A DNA stretch of 64,000 bases from an uncultured Bdellovibrionales bacterium (GCA_964551325.1 CAZKBU010000008.1:82-64081); one strand, 5' to 3'; numbered from the stretch's first letter, positions 1 through 8,879 are shown. Notes: generated from the sequence alone by a model not told the origin. Translations and numbers: made by a program.

Positions 1-54
1 TAGGCCTAATAAATGAAAAAATCGTCAATTATATAAATTAATGAATAAAATAAG

Positions 55-248
55 TGACCTTGGCCCCGAAAACTGGAGCAGTTGATTCCTCCCAACATAC
101 CGCGTAAAAGGCGGTAAGAGAGGGAGTAAAAATGAAAAAGGGAAGATTCAGCGATGAGCAGATCGCTGGGATTTTGGCGGAATCTAGGGCCGGAGCATCA
201 ACACAAGAGCTTTGCCGGAAACACGGAATTCCACGACGAGATAACTAA
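55..248 (+). mobile_element. IS3-family insertion sequence remnant (left end plus truncated orfA)
   Basis: TG-initiated terminus-like sequence TGACCTTGGCCCCGAAAACTGG starts at 55. ATG at 132, preceded by GAGGGAG, encodes MKKGRFSDEQIAGILAESRAGASTQELCRKHGI, the conserved N-terminal HTH of IS3/IS911-type OrfA. It then runs into PRRDN-stop (TAA 246-248). No orfB/DDE region follows. Confidence 0.6.
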
Positions 249-360
249 GCCGACTCTGTATCAACTCTGTGATGATAAAAGAGATATGAAATTTTCAACC
301 CTCTTGGGCCTTAGCCGCGCTTTGGAGGTTTCCGTCTGCGACTTGCTGCGCTGGCTTTAG
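232..360 (+). pseudogene. XRE/Cro-C1-type HTH fragment (C-terminal part only)
   Basis: The frame of ORF 154..360 reads ...KPTLYQLCDDKRDMKFSTLLGLSRALEVSVCDLL, which matches the recognition helix and following helices of Cro/C1 HTH domains. The N-terminal helices and a credible start are absent. It directly abuts the IS3 fragment in a different frame. Confidence 0.4.
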
Positions 361-1521
361 TGCGGGCAAACAGGCAACTGCGGCCAGCACGAAACATACG
401 GCGGAAATTCCCCAAGCCGCCGAAACCGGAAGCCTGTCCAAAATCGGCGCCGAAACAAAATAACTCGCGGCGATCATGACTTCAGTGGAAAAGTTCATCA
501 CGGATAACCCCGTTGTCCGCACGTTTTCTGGAAATTCTTCATGTTGAATCGCCTGGACCGCCGGGAGAAACGCGCCTCGAGCTCCGGCCATTGTCCATAC
601 ACCCAAAAGCGCCAGCCACACGTTTTGAGCGAACACACAAATAAGAGAGCCGAGTGCCATGCACGCCAGCGCATAGGTGACCCGTGGAATGTAATGGTGC
701 GGCCTAGGTTTTCCCGAAAAGTAGTGGTTCACGACGTATCTAAGCAGATATGAGCCCGTAGCAAGAACGGAGAACCACCTGTCATCTCCACCACCAAGTT
801 CACGAATCCACGGCAACCAGAGAATTCCGAGAATGGTTTCGACCTGGTGGAGCATCCTCACGGGAAGAAGAACTTTGAGCTGTAAGGATTGCCTGATTCC
901 CGAAAAACCAATTACGACCCGCGAGAAAAATTCTTTTCGCAATGATTTGTGATTTCTTTCTGGGTGAAGTTCGCGCAATGAAAACGCAACAAAAATGGCA
1001 GCGAGAAGAAAGAATGCCCCAGCAAACAGAAAGGACTGTCGGCCAAACCACTCACTGAGAAATCCAACTGAGACGCTGCCAAGCACATAGCTTGCGACTG
1101 CCACTTTTTCGATCACCGAAAAATAACGGTTTGAGTTGAAAGCGTCGCCATCGTCGGCCTTAGCCGTGGCGAACATGAGCGCCGAAAGCGCCCCCGAGAC
1201 GAAGCTGGAACCAAGTCCGTAAAGAGCGAAACCGAAAAGAATCTGATATGGCTCAGTTGTGCCATAACCAAGAACCACCATTGCTGAAAACTGCAAGATT
1301 CCGCCGAATACGGAAGATTTCTTTGAGCCGAAAATATCAGCCCAAACGCCGGTCGGGATTTCAGCCAGAGCAAGAATCGAGTAAAGTATCCCAAAGCCCA
1401 AGGAAATAGTCTGAAAGCTTACCCCTTGGGCGTGAAGAACTGGGGACGCTGCGATAGTAAACACCATCGCAGCAAATCCCCTAAGACCCGTTACTACTTG
1501 TGCTTTGAAAAGAGCCTTCAC
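295..1521 (-). CDS. MFS transporter
   Basis: 408-aa ORF that is hydrophobic throughout, with about 12 predicted helices. MFS motif-A-like GVWADIFGSKKS lies after the second helix. The GTG start overlaps the upstream stop (GTGA at 1518-1521). Confidence 0.75.
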   Translation of the reverse strand: MKALFKAQVVTGLRGFAAMVFTIAASPVLHAQGVSFQTISLGFGILYSILALAEIPTGVWADIFGSKKSSVFGGILQFSAMVVLGYGTTEPYQILFGFALYGLGSSFVSGALSALMFATAKADDGDAFNSNRYFSVIEKVAVASYVLGSVSVGFLSEWFGRQSFLFAGAFFLLAAIFVAFSLRELHPERNHKSLRKEFFSRVVIGFSGIRQSLQLKVLLPVRMLHQVETILGILWLPWIRELGGGDDRWFSVLATGSYLLRYVVNHYFSGKPRPHHYIPRVTYALACMALGSLICVFAQNVWLALLGVWTMAGARGAFLPAVQAIQHEEFPENVRTTGLSVMNFSTEVMIAASYFVSAPILDRLPVSAAWGISAVCFVLAAVACLPALKPAQQVADGNLQSAAKAQEG

Positions 1522-2645
1522 TCAGTCCTCTGAGACTGGAGTTCGATCACCATTCCTTCAATTTGGTAAAGAACAGCATTGCAGACTTCTTCACCAAGCG
1601 CATCGCAATCGCTCAAAAAGTCGATGAGCCGATGCAATTTACAAAGCCGTGGATTCTTGATTTCGATTAATCTGCCTTCGATCTTCAGAACGCAGGAGTT
1701 AGGTCCATTGCTATTGTTGTCGGCTGGATCATGTCCGCCACCGCCAGTTTGAGGACCACATTCACAAGGATCGTGTCCACCACCACCGCAGTTGATGGGG
1801 TCGAATCCGACATGGGAGCGAGCAGTAGTAGTCGGCTCATACGACATCATTCCCGTGGGATCATTGCCCCCACCCGAAAACCGAGCCATCGCAATCTCAG
1901 CGTTCCTGATAATCTGTGCCCGCATGGTTGGATCATTACCGCCTGCTCCAGCATATGAATTCTGCGAAATACCAAGACTCAACAGGATTGCCAGCATAAG
2001 ACCGAATGTCATATCGAAAAACTTCATCCGGCGGAACCGGAGTCCCTTAATGGATTTCTTTTTCGCATTTTCGTTCGCGTATTCCTTCGCCTTTATTTTG
2101 ATAGCCTTGAACATTTCAAGAAGCTCTTTGCTCTGCTCCTCTGAATAGAACGCGTCCATTGAAAAGTAAGTCTTGTCTCTCCAAAACTCGGATTTGCCAG
2201 TCTGCTCCTTCATCACTTGGAAAACCTTGGAGTCTTTTCTTGCTTCAAGGTCAGAGTCATATCTGTAGTGGGAATAGTTGATGTAGTTTTCGGGATAGTT
2301 GGAATAAAACTTTCCCTCGGGCGTGATATGAACAAGCCCCACTTTTATATAACGGTCCATGACCGATTGGACCTTCTTGGGTTCCGGCTCAGGAAATTGT
2401 CGCTTCATTTCCAGAAGACTTAACGGCTCCATGCGAGTCGCATAGAATAAAGTCAGCGAATACTCGTCCGTGTGAATTTCTTCAATCTGCTCAGGCGAGA
2501 GCCGGATACTCGGCACCTCCTGCTGGACTGCCTTCGGCGCGTCCGCGTTCTTGGAATTGAGTCTTCCCTCGCGAACAGAAATCTCTTTTTTAACTTCGTT
2601 CTTGCCACCCACCTTGGAGCGGGTACGATTTGTTTCCAGTTCCAT
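1518..2645 (-). CDS. single-pass membrane protein: cytoplasmic N-domain, one TM helix, extracytoplasmic GG[NH]DP-repeat and Cys-rich domain
   Basis: 375-aa ORF with an ATG start 1 nt after the stop of the XRE gene. Hydrophobic segment FDMTFGLMLAILLSLGISQNSYA spans aa 210-232. Four G-G-[NH]-D-P repeats follow (GAGGNDPT, GGGNDPT, GGGGHDP, GGGGHDP; nt 1725-1949), then 7 Cys. Confidence 0.55.
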   Translation of the reverse strand: MELETNRTRSKVGGKNEVKKEISVREGRLNSKNADAPKAVQQEVPSIRLSPEQIEEIHTDEYSLTLFYATRMEPLSLLEMKRQFPEPEPKKVQSVMDRYIKVGLVHITPEGKFYSNYPENYINYSHYRYDSDLEARKDSKVFQVMKEQTGKSEFWRDKTYFSMDAFYSEEQSKELLEMFKAIKIKAKEYANENAKKKSIKGLRFRRMKFFDMTFGLMLAILLSLGISQNSYAGAGGNDPTMRAQIIRNAEIAMARFSGGGNDPTGMMSYEPTTTARSHVGFDPINCGGGGHDPCECGPQTGGGGHDPADNNSNGPNSCVLKIEGRLIEIKNPRLCKLHRLIDFLSDCDALGEEVCNAVLYQIEGMVIELQSQRTE

Positions 2646-2646
2646 A

Positions 2647-3108
2647 TTATCCCCCTGTTCCTGTTTTTCTTGCCCGTTTCATATCCGCAACGCGACCACG
2701 AGGACGCCTGTCCGCCTGAGCGAGATTGGTCAGAGCCGCTACTAAATCCTGCAAGTGCGGTTTCAAGGGGGCCTCTGCATCTTTCGCGGCAAAATACACT
2801 TGGGCCTCAAGTGTCCGGAGAATCCTTTGATATTCTTCAAAAGGAATCTCGCGGAGAGCTTCAATCACCTTGATCTCTTCCAGATAGACAAATGCGTTGT
2901 CCCCGCTCACGAGCATATCAAGAGTCACGCCAAGAGCTTGCGCTATGCGAACAAGCTCACTGGCTGTGGCCTCTCTTTTTTCTAATTCGATCTTGGAAAC
3001 AGAAGATCGCGGCAGTCCAGCCGCTTCATCCAATTCCGCCTGCCTCAGATTTTTTGCCATCCGCAGGGATCGAATTCTGTTTGCAATGTGAGCAGAGTCG
3101 CTTTGCAT
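2647..3108 (-). CDS. XRE-family HTH transcriptional regulator
   Basis: N-terminal IANRIRSLRMAKNLRQAELDEAAGLPRSSVSKIELEKREATASELVRIAQALGVTLDMLV is a classical Cro/C1 HTH. First gene of the 3108..295 minus-strand operon. Confidence 0.8.
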   Translation of the reverse strand: MQSDSAHIANRIRSLRMAKNLRQAELDEAAGLPRSSVSKIELEKREATASELVRIAQALGVTLDMLVSGDNAFVYLEEIKVIEALREIPFEEYQRILRTLEAQVYFAAKDAEAPLKPHLQDLVAALTNLAQADRRPRGRVADMKRARKTGTGG

Positions 3109-3224
3109 GGATGGTGATTAACCATTTCAGCGAATTAAAAGCAACCAAAAATCATTGACCATAACTTTTTGTTTAGTTAAAACCCCTCCCGAACGGGCTA
3201 ATACACGTTTTAAGGGGGTCTTAT

Positions 3225-3431
3225 ATGAAAAATTGTGGATTCGCTAAATTAGCGAATTATTCTAACGATGGAAGTGAGGTGGCTAAGAATCGCCAGCTAT
3301 CCAAGGCGCTGGACATGCTTTCCGAGATATTGGAGATCGAGTTCGGCAGCCTTACCGTTCGATTCTTTGACGGTACGTGGAGCCCGAAAATAGAAATCCA
3401 AAAAAACGTCGTGAAAAAGATTAAGGGATAA
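3225..3431 (+). CDS. small protein, YezD/DUF2292-like
   Basis: 68 aa, AAGGGGG Shine-Dalgarno 7 nt upstream. ...EILEIEFGSLTVRFFDGTWSPKIEIQKNV... follows the YezD pattern (...yGsvtivvqdGkvvqiek...). Confidence 0.45.
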   Translation: MKNCGFAKLANYSNDGSEVAKNRQLSKALDMLSEILEIEFGSLTVRFFDGTWSPKIEIQKNVVKKIKG

Positions 3432-3575
3432 ATTTTTTACAAAAGCTGACCCGATATCGGGAGGCAACTGAAAGCGTGGGATTGACCCTACCTCACACGA
3501 GGATGCTGTCCCGTGAAGCTGGCAAAAAAATCGGAATAGGAACCGATAGCGTGGCTTCCGAAAGGAGAACCCATC

Positions 3576-4148
3576 ATGGGATCTCAAATCACAAACGTCC
3601 AGCAGGACAAGCAATGTACCATCAGTCAAGGAAATCACCCTTGGCTCGACGAGCGCGGATTCCCGCTCTCGGACGAACAACTGAGAAGCGTCTCCCGATC
3701 CTGGGACGAGGCTACATGGAACAAATATCTTGAGTGGCATGAAACTCCACGAGCCGAATCGCTGCTCCGTCCGCAGGAATATGACGAGGCTTGCGAAAAA
3801 CTAGAGGAGTCTGTGTTCGTGGACGCCCAGTCAAGTGCCGATGATGAGCTGAAAACACGGATCGGAATGCTGCTCTCGTCTTTGACGGATCAGCAACGCC
3901 GCGTTCTGGAGCCCATTTTCTGGCAGGGGTGGAGCGAACGGCGTGTCGCCCAGGAATTGAAACTGAACCATAAGTCCGTCCATAGGCTGAAAGAACGCGC
4001 TCTCAATAAAATCAGCAAGTTGCTCAAGGGGGGCCCCAGTTCCCGTATTATGAGAGGGGAAATTTCTCCCCTCCATAAAGAAACGGGGGAAATGGATGGC
4101 AAAAAGGTTCTGGGCCTGGCTGATAGAAAAATTCAAAAGGCTGGGTAA
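3576..4148 (+). CDS. sigma-70 region-4-like HTH protein (no region 2 recognisable)
   Basis: AAGGAG Shine-Dalgarno. LTDQQRRVLEPIFWQGWSERRVAQELKLNHKSVHRLKERALNKISKLL matches sigma70_r4/LuxR-type HTH. The N-terminal 100 aa show no region-2 motifs. Confidence 0.6.
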   Translation: MGSQITNVQQDKQCTISQGNHPWLDERGFPLSDEQLRSVSRSWDEATWNKYLEWHETPRAESLLRPQEYDEACEKLEESVFVDAQSSADDELKTRIGMLLSSLTDQQRRVLEPIFWQGWSERRVAQELKLNHKSVHRLKERALNKISKLLKGGPSSRIMRGEISPLHKETGEMDGKKVLGLADRKIQKAG

Positions 4149-4226
4149 GACCGAAGATAACATTGAAAGCTGGCAACGCCTGGAGTTCAAAGACCGAAAA
4201 CGAATCTCTGCCCACCGGGAGAGTTC

Positions 4227-4508
4227 ATGAAACGCGCGGTCGATAGCCAGGTAAGCCGGTTTCTACCCGCGAGAAGCGCTGAGAAAGAAAAAGACATTCA
4301 AACACTTCATGAGCTGCTGCCGAGCCTTGGCGATGAGGAGATCATCGCGGTCTACTTCCGATTTTGGGAGAGCCTGCTGATCGAGGACATCGCCAACATT
4401 CTCGGCTGCTCATGGCACTACACTGACCAACTGATCGAGCGATCCATCCGGAAACTGCGCCAGGGATTCATTGAACTCCCGGCAAAGCGGCAAGCAATCG
4501 CCGCCTAA
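4227..4508 (+). CDS. sigma-70 region-4-like HTH protein (93 aa)
   Basis: EEIIAVYFRFWESLLIEDIANILGCSWHYTDQLIERSIRKLRQGF follows the sigma70_r4_2 pattern. Confidence 0.5.
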   Translation: MKRAVDSQVSRFLPARSAEKEKDIQTLHELLPSLGDEEIIAVYFRFWESLLIEDIANILGCSWHYTDQLIERSIRKLRQGFIELPAKRQAIAA

Positions 4509-4553
4509 GACACCAATAAGTTTAACGCGCAAAAACGCGAAGGAGTTTTTTCT

Positions 4554-4991
4554 ATGGAAAAACAAGTGATCTCTCATGCCAAAAACGACGAATCGAAAAA
4601 ATACTACCGCTTTCAAGTCTTCCAAGGCGAGGAGGACGGCCAAGGCAAAATCCAGAAAACCAAGAGCGTTGGCATGGCATATCTCAAAGACGGCCAGAAC
4701 ATTTTCACACTCAGGCTCTGGATGTTCTCGTGGGAGCGGTACTACATCCTGCCGAACAAGCAAGATTCCTCGAAGTATCTCGTGATGACGCGGGAACCGA
4801 ACAAGAATCCCGGGGCCAAGAACAAATACTTCTGGAACATCGTTGGAAACGGAGTTGTGAAAACCGCCTTAGGTGTGATCCGTTTGGAGTTCGATCTTCT
4901 GAGCAATCCCGTTTACGTGAATACGCATCCTGAGTCGTCGGCCTTTTCGATGAGCCTGCCTGAGCCCGAGGTGCTGCCAGACGCGGCCTAA
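4554..4991 (+). CDS. hypothetical protein (weak DUF736-like pattern)
   Basis: AAGGAG Shine-Dalgarno, 145 aa. IFTLRLW...YILPNK...KNKYFWNIVGNG...GVIRLEFDLLSNPVYVN loosely follows the DUF736 pattern seen on proteobacterial ICEs and plasmids. Confidence 0.35.
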   Translation: MEKQVISHAKNDESKKYYRFQVFQGEEDGQGKIQKTKSVGMAYLKDGQNIFTLRLWMFSWERYYILPNKQDSSKYLVMTREPNKNPGAKNKYFWNIVGNGVVKTALGVIRLEFDLLSNPVYVNTHPESSAFSMSLPEPEVLPDAA

Positions 4992-5048
4992 AGGCCAAAT
5001 TACTTGCGCGTTCATTTGAGCTTCTTCGTCCCCATTGAAGGAGTGCAA

Positions 5049-5336
5049 ATGAAGCACCAAAAAATCTTTCTTGTCCTAGGACTTTTCGTTCTGAGCCTGA
5101 TGTTCGTCCCCGACCTCGCGCATGCGGGGCTGGAGTCGAGCCTCATGGGAATTAAGACGAAGCTGACAGGAGTGATCCTGCCGCTTCTCTCGGTGATCGG
5201 GATTGCCATTGCGGCGATCTCGTTCTTCACCGGGAATCCAAACGCGAAACAGCACATCGTTTACGCGGTGCTGGGCTGTATGTTTGGATTCGGAGCGCAA
5301 GCCATCGTCGATTTCATCGCGCAAACCGTTCGCTGA
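5049..5336 (+). CDS. virB2: T4SS pilin, VirB2/TrbC family
   Basis: ATG at 5049 follows GAAGGAG. Signal peptide MKHQKIFLVLGLFVLSLMFVPDLAHA, then two hydrophobic helices (GVILPLLSVIGIAIAAISFF and VYAVLGCMFGFGAQAIV). Size and topology are typical of VirB2. Confidence 0.7.
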   Translation: MKHQKIFLVLGLFVLSLMFVPDLAHAGLESSLMGIKTKLTGVILPLLSVIGIAIAAISFFTGNPNAKQHIVYAVLGCMFGFGAQAIVDFIAQTVR

Positions 5337-5345
5337 CGGGAGGCG

Positions 5346-5669
5346 ATGATGGAAGACGATGGACTCCTGACAAGCCGGGTTCCAAGAGCCCTGGAGATGA
5401 AGTCGAAGCTGTTCGGATACGAGTTGCCGGACCTTTTGCTCATCTTTATGAATCTTGCGATCACGAACCTTGTCTTCGGTGCAACGTCCTTCCGCTACCT
5501 CTTGGTATGGGGAACAACGCTATCGCTGGCGTTGTTCCTCTTTTTCGCCAAGCGCGGAAGGCCCGACAACTACCTGCAACACCTGATCGAGCATTTTGTC
5601 CATCCCGCGCACTTCGCTGCCGGGCGCGGCGACCGAATCTATCGGCGCTTTAAGAGGAACCATGAATAA
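5346..5669 (+). CDS. VirB3/TraL-like inner-membrane T4SS protein
   Basis: 107 aa, sits directly between the pilin and VirB4. Two TM segments followed by KRGRPDNYLQHLIEHFVHP, which resembles the TraL motif (KKGRG..WLRDLIYWYMP). Confidence 0.5.
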   Translation: MMEDDGLLTSRVPRALEMKSKLFGYELPDLLLIFMNLAITNLVFGATSFRYLLVWGTTLSLALFLFFAKRGRPDNYLQHLIEHFVHPAHFAAGRGDRIYRRFKRNHE

Positions 5670-8175
5670 GCAAAAAGACACCTCGCTTTGCGAGGAGCTT
5701 CCGTATTGGGATTTCATCGACGGCCCCAAGGCCCATGCCGTACTCCACGACGGCTCGCTCGTCGCGGGCCTGCGCGTTGGTCTGATCGACATTGAGTGTT
5801 TTGACGAGGCGGAAACGAACAACCTCACGATAGGGCTGCGCTCGGCGCTGAACTCCGTTGCGGAGGGCATCTCACTCCAGTTCGTGCTTCGGGTGCGTTC
5901 CGACTTCGCTGACGTGATTGATGCCCACGAGAAAGGCAAGACCGAGAACATTCACCCGCTAGTAAAAAGTATCGCTACTTATCGAGAGAACGCGCTTCGA
6001 TCGGCAATTGAGGCCGGAACACTCTACCGTCCAGAACTCCTGATCTACGTTCGCACGCCTGCGGTCGAGACCAAGAAGGTTAGCATCTTAAAAAAAAAGG
6101 AGCTGTTCTCAGAGGAATCTGCGAAGGCGTACCAGGAAACTCTCGAAGTCTTGGGTCAGAACCTTGAAACGCTGGTTTCTTCGCTTCATGGCCTCGGGTT
6201 CTCCTGCAAAGAACTCACGCGGGAGGAGATGGTCGCGAACGTCTATGAGTTTCTAAACCCTCGGCGCTCGCGCACCGAGCCCGCGCCGATGGTGAAGACA
6301 TTCAATGAACTCGACATTGAGAAGGATGTACTTCAGGAGGTGGAGTGGCTTGCGGCGCAATCCCCTCGGGAACAACTTGTCTTTGGTGATCTTATGATGG
6401 GATTCGAGCAGTTCACGCTCGACGGTTTCTATCACCGGGTTATCACGCTCAAGACTTTACCGGAAATGACTTTCGCGGGCCAGCTCGCGCATTTCCTGCG
6501 CCTGCCGTTCCACTATGACTTGATCCTTTCGCTCGACGTGCCTCCCCAGGCGTCGGAAATGTCGAAGCTCCAGCAAAAACGCAAGATGGCTCACTCGATG
6601 GCCGTAACCTCCGGCGGCAAGGCAAGCGATCTCGAAAGTGAAACGAAGCTCTCTTCCACGGAAGAACTGATCCGCGAGCTTTTGAACACCGGTCAGCGCA
6701 TTTTCGCCGTCCAGATGAGCGTAATCCTGAAGGCCCCGGCAACTCCAGAGGGTACGAAGAAGCTCAACCGCGACGCCCGCGAAGTCCTGGCTCGCTTCCG
6801 CTCACTTCAGGGTGCGGAAGGCTTGGAAGAAAGCGTTGGCGCATGGAAGGTGCTGAAAGGCTCCCTTCCTGCGGCACCTCTGACTTTGGAGCGTGCCCGA
6901 AAGTTGAAGACGAACAACCTGGCCGACTTCCTCCCGGTCTACGGACCTCGGGAGGGTGACAAGAACCCGGTTGTTATCTTCCGAAACCGTTTGAATGGAC
7001 TGGTGAGTTACGACGGCTTCGATGCGGGCCTTGGGAATTACAACATTCTCTGCACCGGTTCATCCGGCGCAGGAAAGAGCTTCTTGAACAATGCCATTTT
7101 GATGCAGGAACTCGCGCGGGGCTTGCGCGTCTTCATTATCGACATCGGCGGCTCCTACAAGAAACTCACTGAAACACTGGGAGGTCAGTACCTCGAGATC
7201 AATCTCTCCGACAATTATCGAATCAACCCGTTCGACATTCCCAATCCGAGAGAGGAACCGAGCAACCAAAAGCTGAAATCCCTACTTGCCTGCGTGGAGA
7301 GCATGGTGAGCGAGGACGAAAAAGCGAAGCTCCCAAAGCTCGACCGCGCCCTCCTGGAACGGGCAATCATCGAGCTTTACAAAAGCCGGAGAGCCAAAGG
7401 TGAGGTGCCCGTTCTGAGCGATCTCGCCCGGTATCTGTCGGCGTTCGAGGAGCCTTCGATGAAGGCCATCTCGAAAATGCTCTATTTGTGGACCGGCGAG
7501 CGCCCGTATGGACGACTCCTCGACGGCCCCGGAAGCCTTCGCACGGATGCACCGATCTGCACCTTCGACCTCAAGGGGCTTTCGGCCTACCCGGACCTTC
7601 AGAGCGTGATGATTTTGATTTTGACGGACTTCATTCTTACGCAGGTCGAAGGCGACCGCACAACGAGAAAGCGAATCATCCTTGATGAAGCCTGGGAGAT
7701 GCTGAAATCGAATGCGGCGGCATCATTCATGGAGTATTGCGCGAGAACGCTTCGTAAAACTGGATCGGGGATCACGTTTATCACTCAAGGCGTGGAAGAA
7801 ATCGTCGCAAGCCCGATCGGGCCAGCGATCCTCAACAACACCGCAACCAAGTTCGTGATGCTCCAGCGGGGCGACTCCGAGGTTCTGCGGGACACCCTGA
7901 AGCTCAACGACCAGGAAATCGCTCTCATCCATTCGCTCGGTCAGAAGAAAGGCGAATTTTCCGAGGGTTTTATGATCGAGGGCGATCATCGCCAAGTCGT
8001 GCGGATTTTCCCTAGCCCGTTTGAATACTGGCTGTCCACCTCGGACTCCCAGGACAACTTGTATCTCTCCGACCTGAGAAACCAGGGGCTGGACCTCGTA
8101 GCGGCCATCGAGAAAGCGGCCGGGGTCTATCCAAATGGCGTGGCTCATGGCCGTGCCGTGAAGGAGGTAGCATGA
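5662..8175 (+). CDS. virB4: T4SS ATPase VirB4/TraC
   Basis: ATG 5662 overlaps the upstream stop. Walker A CTGSSGAGKSF, Walker B RIILDEAWEML. Size (~837 aa) and position after the B3-like gene fit VirB4. Confidence 0.9.
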   Translation: MNKQKDTSLCEELPYWDFIDGPKAHAVLHDGSLVAGLRVGLIDIECFDEAETNNLTIGLRSALNSVAEGISLQFVLRVRSDFADVIDAHEKGKTENIHPLVKSIATYRENALRSAIEAGTLYRPELLIYVRTPAVETKKVSILKKKELFSEESAKAYQETLEVLGQNLETLVSSLHGLGFSCKELTREEMVANVYEFLNPRRSRTEPAPMVKTFNELDIEKDVLQEVEWLAAQSPREQLVFGDLMMGFEQFTLDGFYHRVITLKTLPEMTFAGQLAHFLRLPFHYDLILSLDVPPQASEMSKLQQKRKMAHSMAVTSGGKASDLESETKLSSTEELIRELLNTGQRIFAVQMSVILKAPATPEGTKKLNRDAREVLARFRSLQGAEGLEESVGAWKVLKGSLPAAPLTLERARKLKTNNLADFLPVYGPREGDKNPVVIFRNRLNGLVSYDGFDAGLGNYNILCTGSSGAGKSFLNNAILMQELARGLRVFIIDIGGSYKKLTETLGGQYLEINLSDNYRINPFDIPNPREEPSNQKLKSLLACVESMVSEDEKAKLPKLDRALLERAIIELYKSRRAKGEVPVLSDLARYLSAFEEPSMKAISKMLYLWTGERPYGRLLDGPGSLRTDAPICTFDLKGLSAYPDLQSVMILILTDFILTQVEGDRTTRKRIILDEAWEMLKSNAAASFMEYCARTLRKTGSGITFITQGVEEIVASPIGPAILNNTATKFVMLQRGDSEVLRDTLKLNDQEIALIHSLGQKKGEFSEGFMIEGDHRQVVRIFPSPFEYWLSTSDSQDNLYLSDLRNQGLDLVAAIEKAAGVYPNGVAHGRAVKEVA

Positions 8176-8879
8176 AACGATTCAAGAAATGGATTGTGAT
8201 GGGAATGGTGGGTTTGTGCCTCACCATTCCTAAGCCCGCCAAGGCCGACTTGTTCGGCGGTGACGTGGTGATCCTGACTCAAATTCTTGCGAACGCCATT
8301 CAGCAGCTTGTTCAACTGAGACAAATTCTCTCGACTGGATCAGACACGCTCACTCTCATGCGCGACATCAATCGAGGGATCAGGGACGGACTCGCGGCCC
8401 TTCAGATAATTAACCCGAGATTCAATCCGGGAATTTACGGGAATCTCGAAACCGCGGATCGAGTCTTGAGCATTATCAATGACCTGTACGGGAGAATCCC
8501 CGAGACAACGGAAGCGAGGCTTCAACAGGCGCAGGACCAGTCGGCCTCTGAAAGCATCGCCATGAACGGACCGATGTTTCGCTTTGCTGACGAGGCGGAT
8601 GAGGAGAGCCGGAGAATTTTCGCCCATTCACAGAATGTAAACCCGCAGGGGGCGGCGAAACTCACGGCGCAATCCTTGGCAATTTTGATCGGTGTCACAA
8701 CTCAAGTGCTTCGATCCAATTCGATGATCTTAAAAGCAATGGGCGAAAACATGGCCCTCCAAAACAGAAAAGAAAAGCTCCAGTCGCTGCAATTCAAAAC
8801 CCAATACGAAGGCATCTCCGGCGCGCTTGGCTCTCTCCCTAGGGACACAAAGCTGAACACGCTGAGATCGGGAGAGTGA
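8172..8879 (+). CDS. secreted T4SS component, VirB5/TrbJ-like
   Basis: ATGA overlap with virB4. Signal peptide ...PKPAKA, then DLFGGDVVILTQILANAIQQLVQLRQIL, which resembles the TrbJ N-terminal helix. Helical, about 210 aa mature. Confidence 0.45.
   Translation: MKRFKKWIVMGMVGLCLTIPKPAKADLFGGDVVILTQILANAIQQLVQLRQILSTGSDTLTLMRDINRGIRDGLAALQIINPRFNPGIYGNLETADRVLSIINDLYGRIPETTEARLQQAQDQSASESIAMNGPMFRFADEADEESRRIFAHSQNVNPQGAAKLTAQSLAILIGVTTQVLRSNSMILKAMGENMALQNRKEKLQSLQFKTQYEGISGALGSLPRDTKLNTLRSGE

Noticed and set aside
225-230. GAATTC (EcoRI site) exactly at the IS3/XRE junction and another inside the first 14-mer (17886-17891). This raised the thought of a cloning artefact.
   Set aside because: Six-base sites are expected by chance many times in 64 kb. 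The flanking sequence looks like natural decay, not vector. There is no further support.
2027-2645. Splitting ORF 1518..2645 into two genes at the internal signal-peptide-like Met (aa 207).
   Set aside because: There is no stop codon or frame change between the halves and no obvious internal Shine-Dalgarno. It is kept as one CDS, and the alternative is mentioned in the findings.
5596-5661. N-terminal extensions offered by the ORF track: 5004 for the pilin, 5596 for virB4, 12009 for virD4, 36647 for PAP2_C, 43043, 55087, 40667..41416, 44693..46720, 50042 and 58642.
   Set aside because: The track counts TTG and GTG as starts and reports maximal ORFs. Downstream ATG or GTG starts with Shine-Dalgarno sequences or ATGA/GTGA coupling to the upstream stop give sensible N-termini such as signal peptides. 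The extensions overlap neighbouring genes or the MITE.
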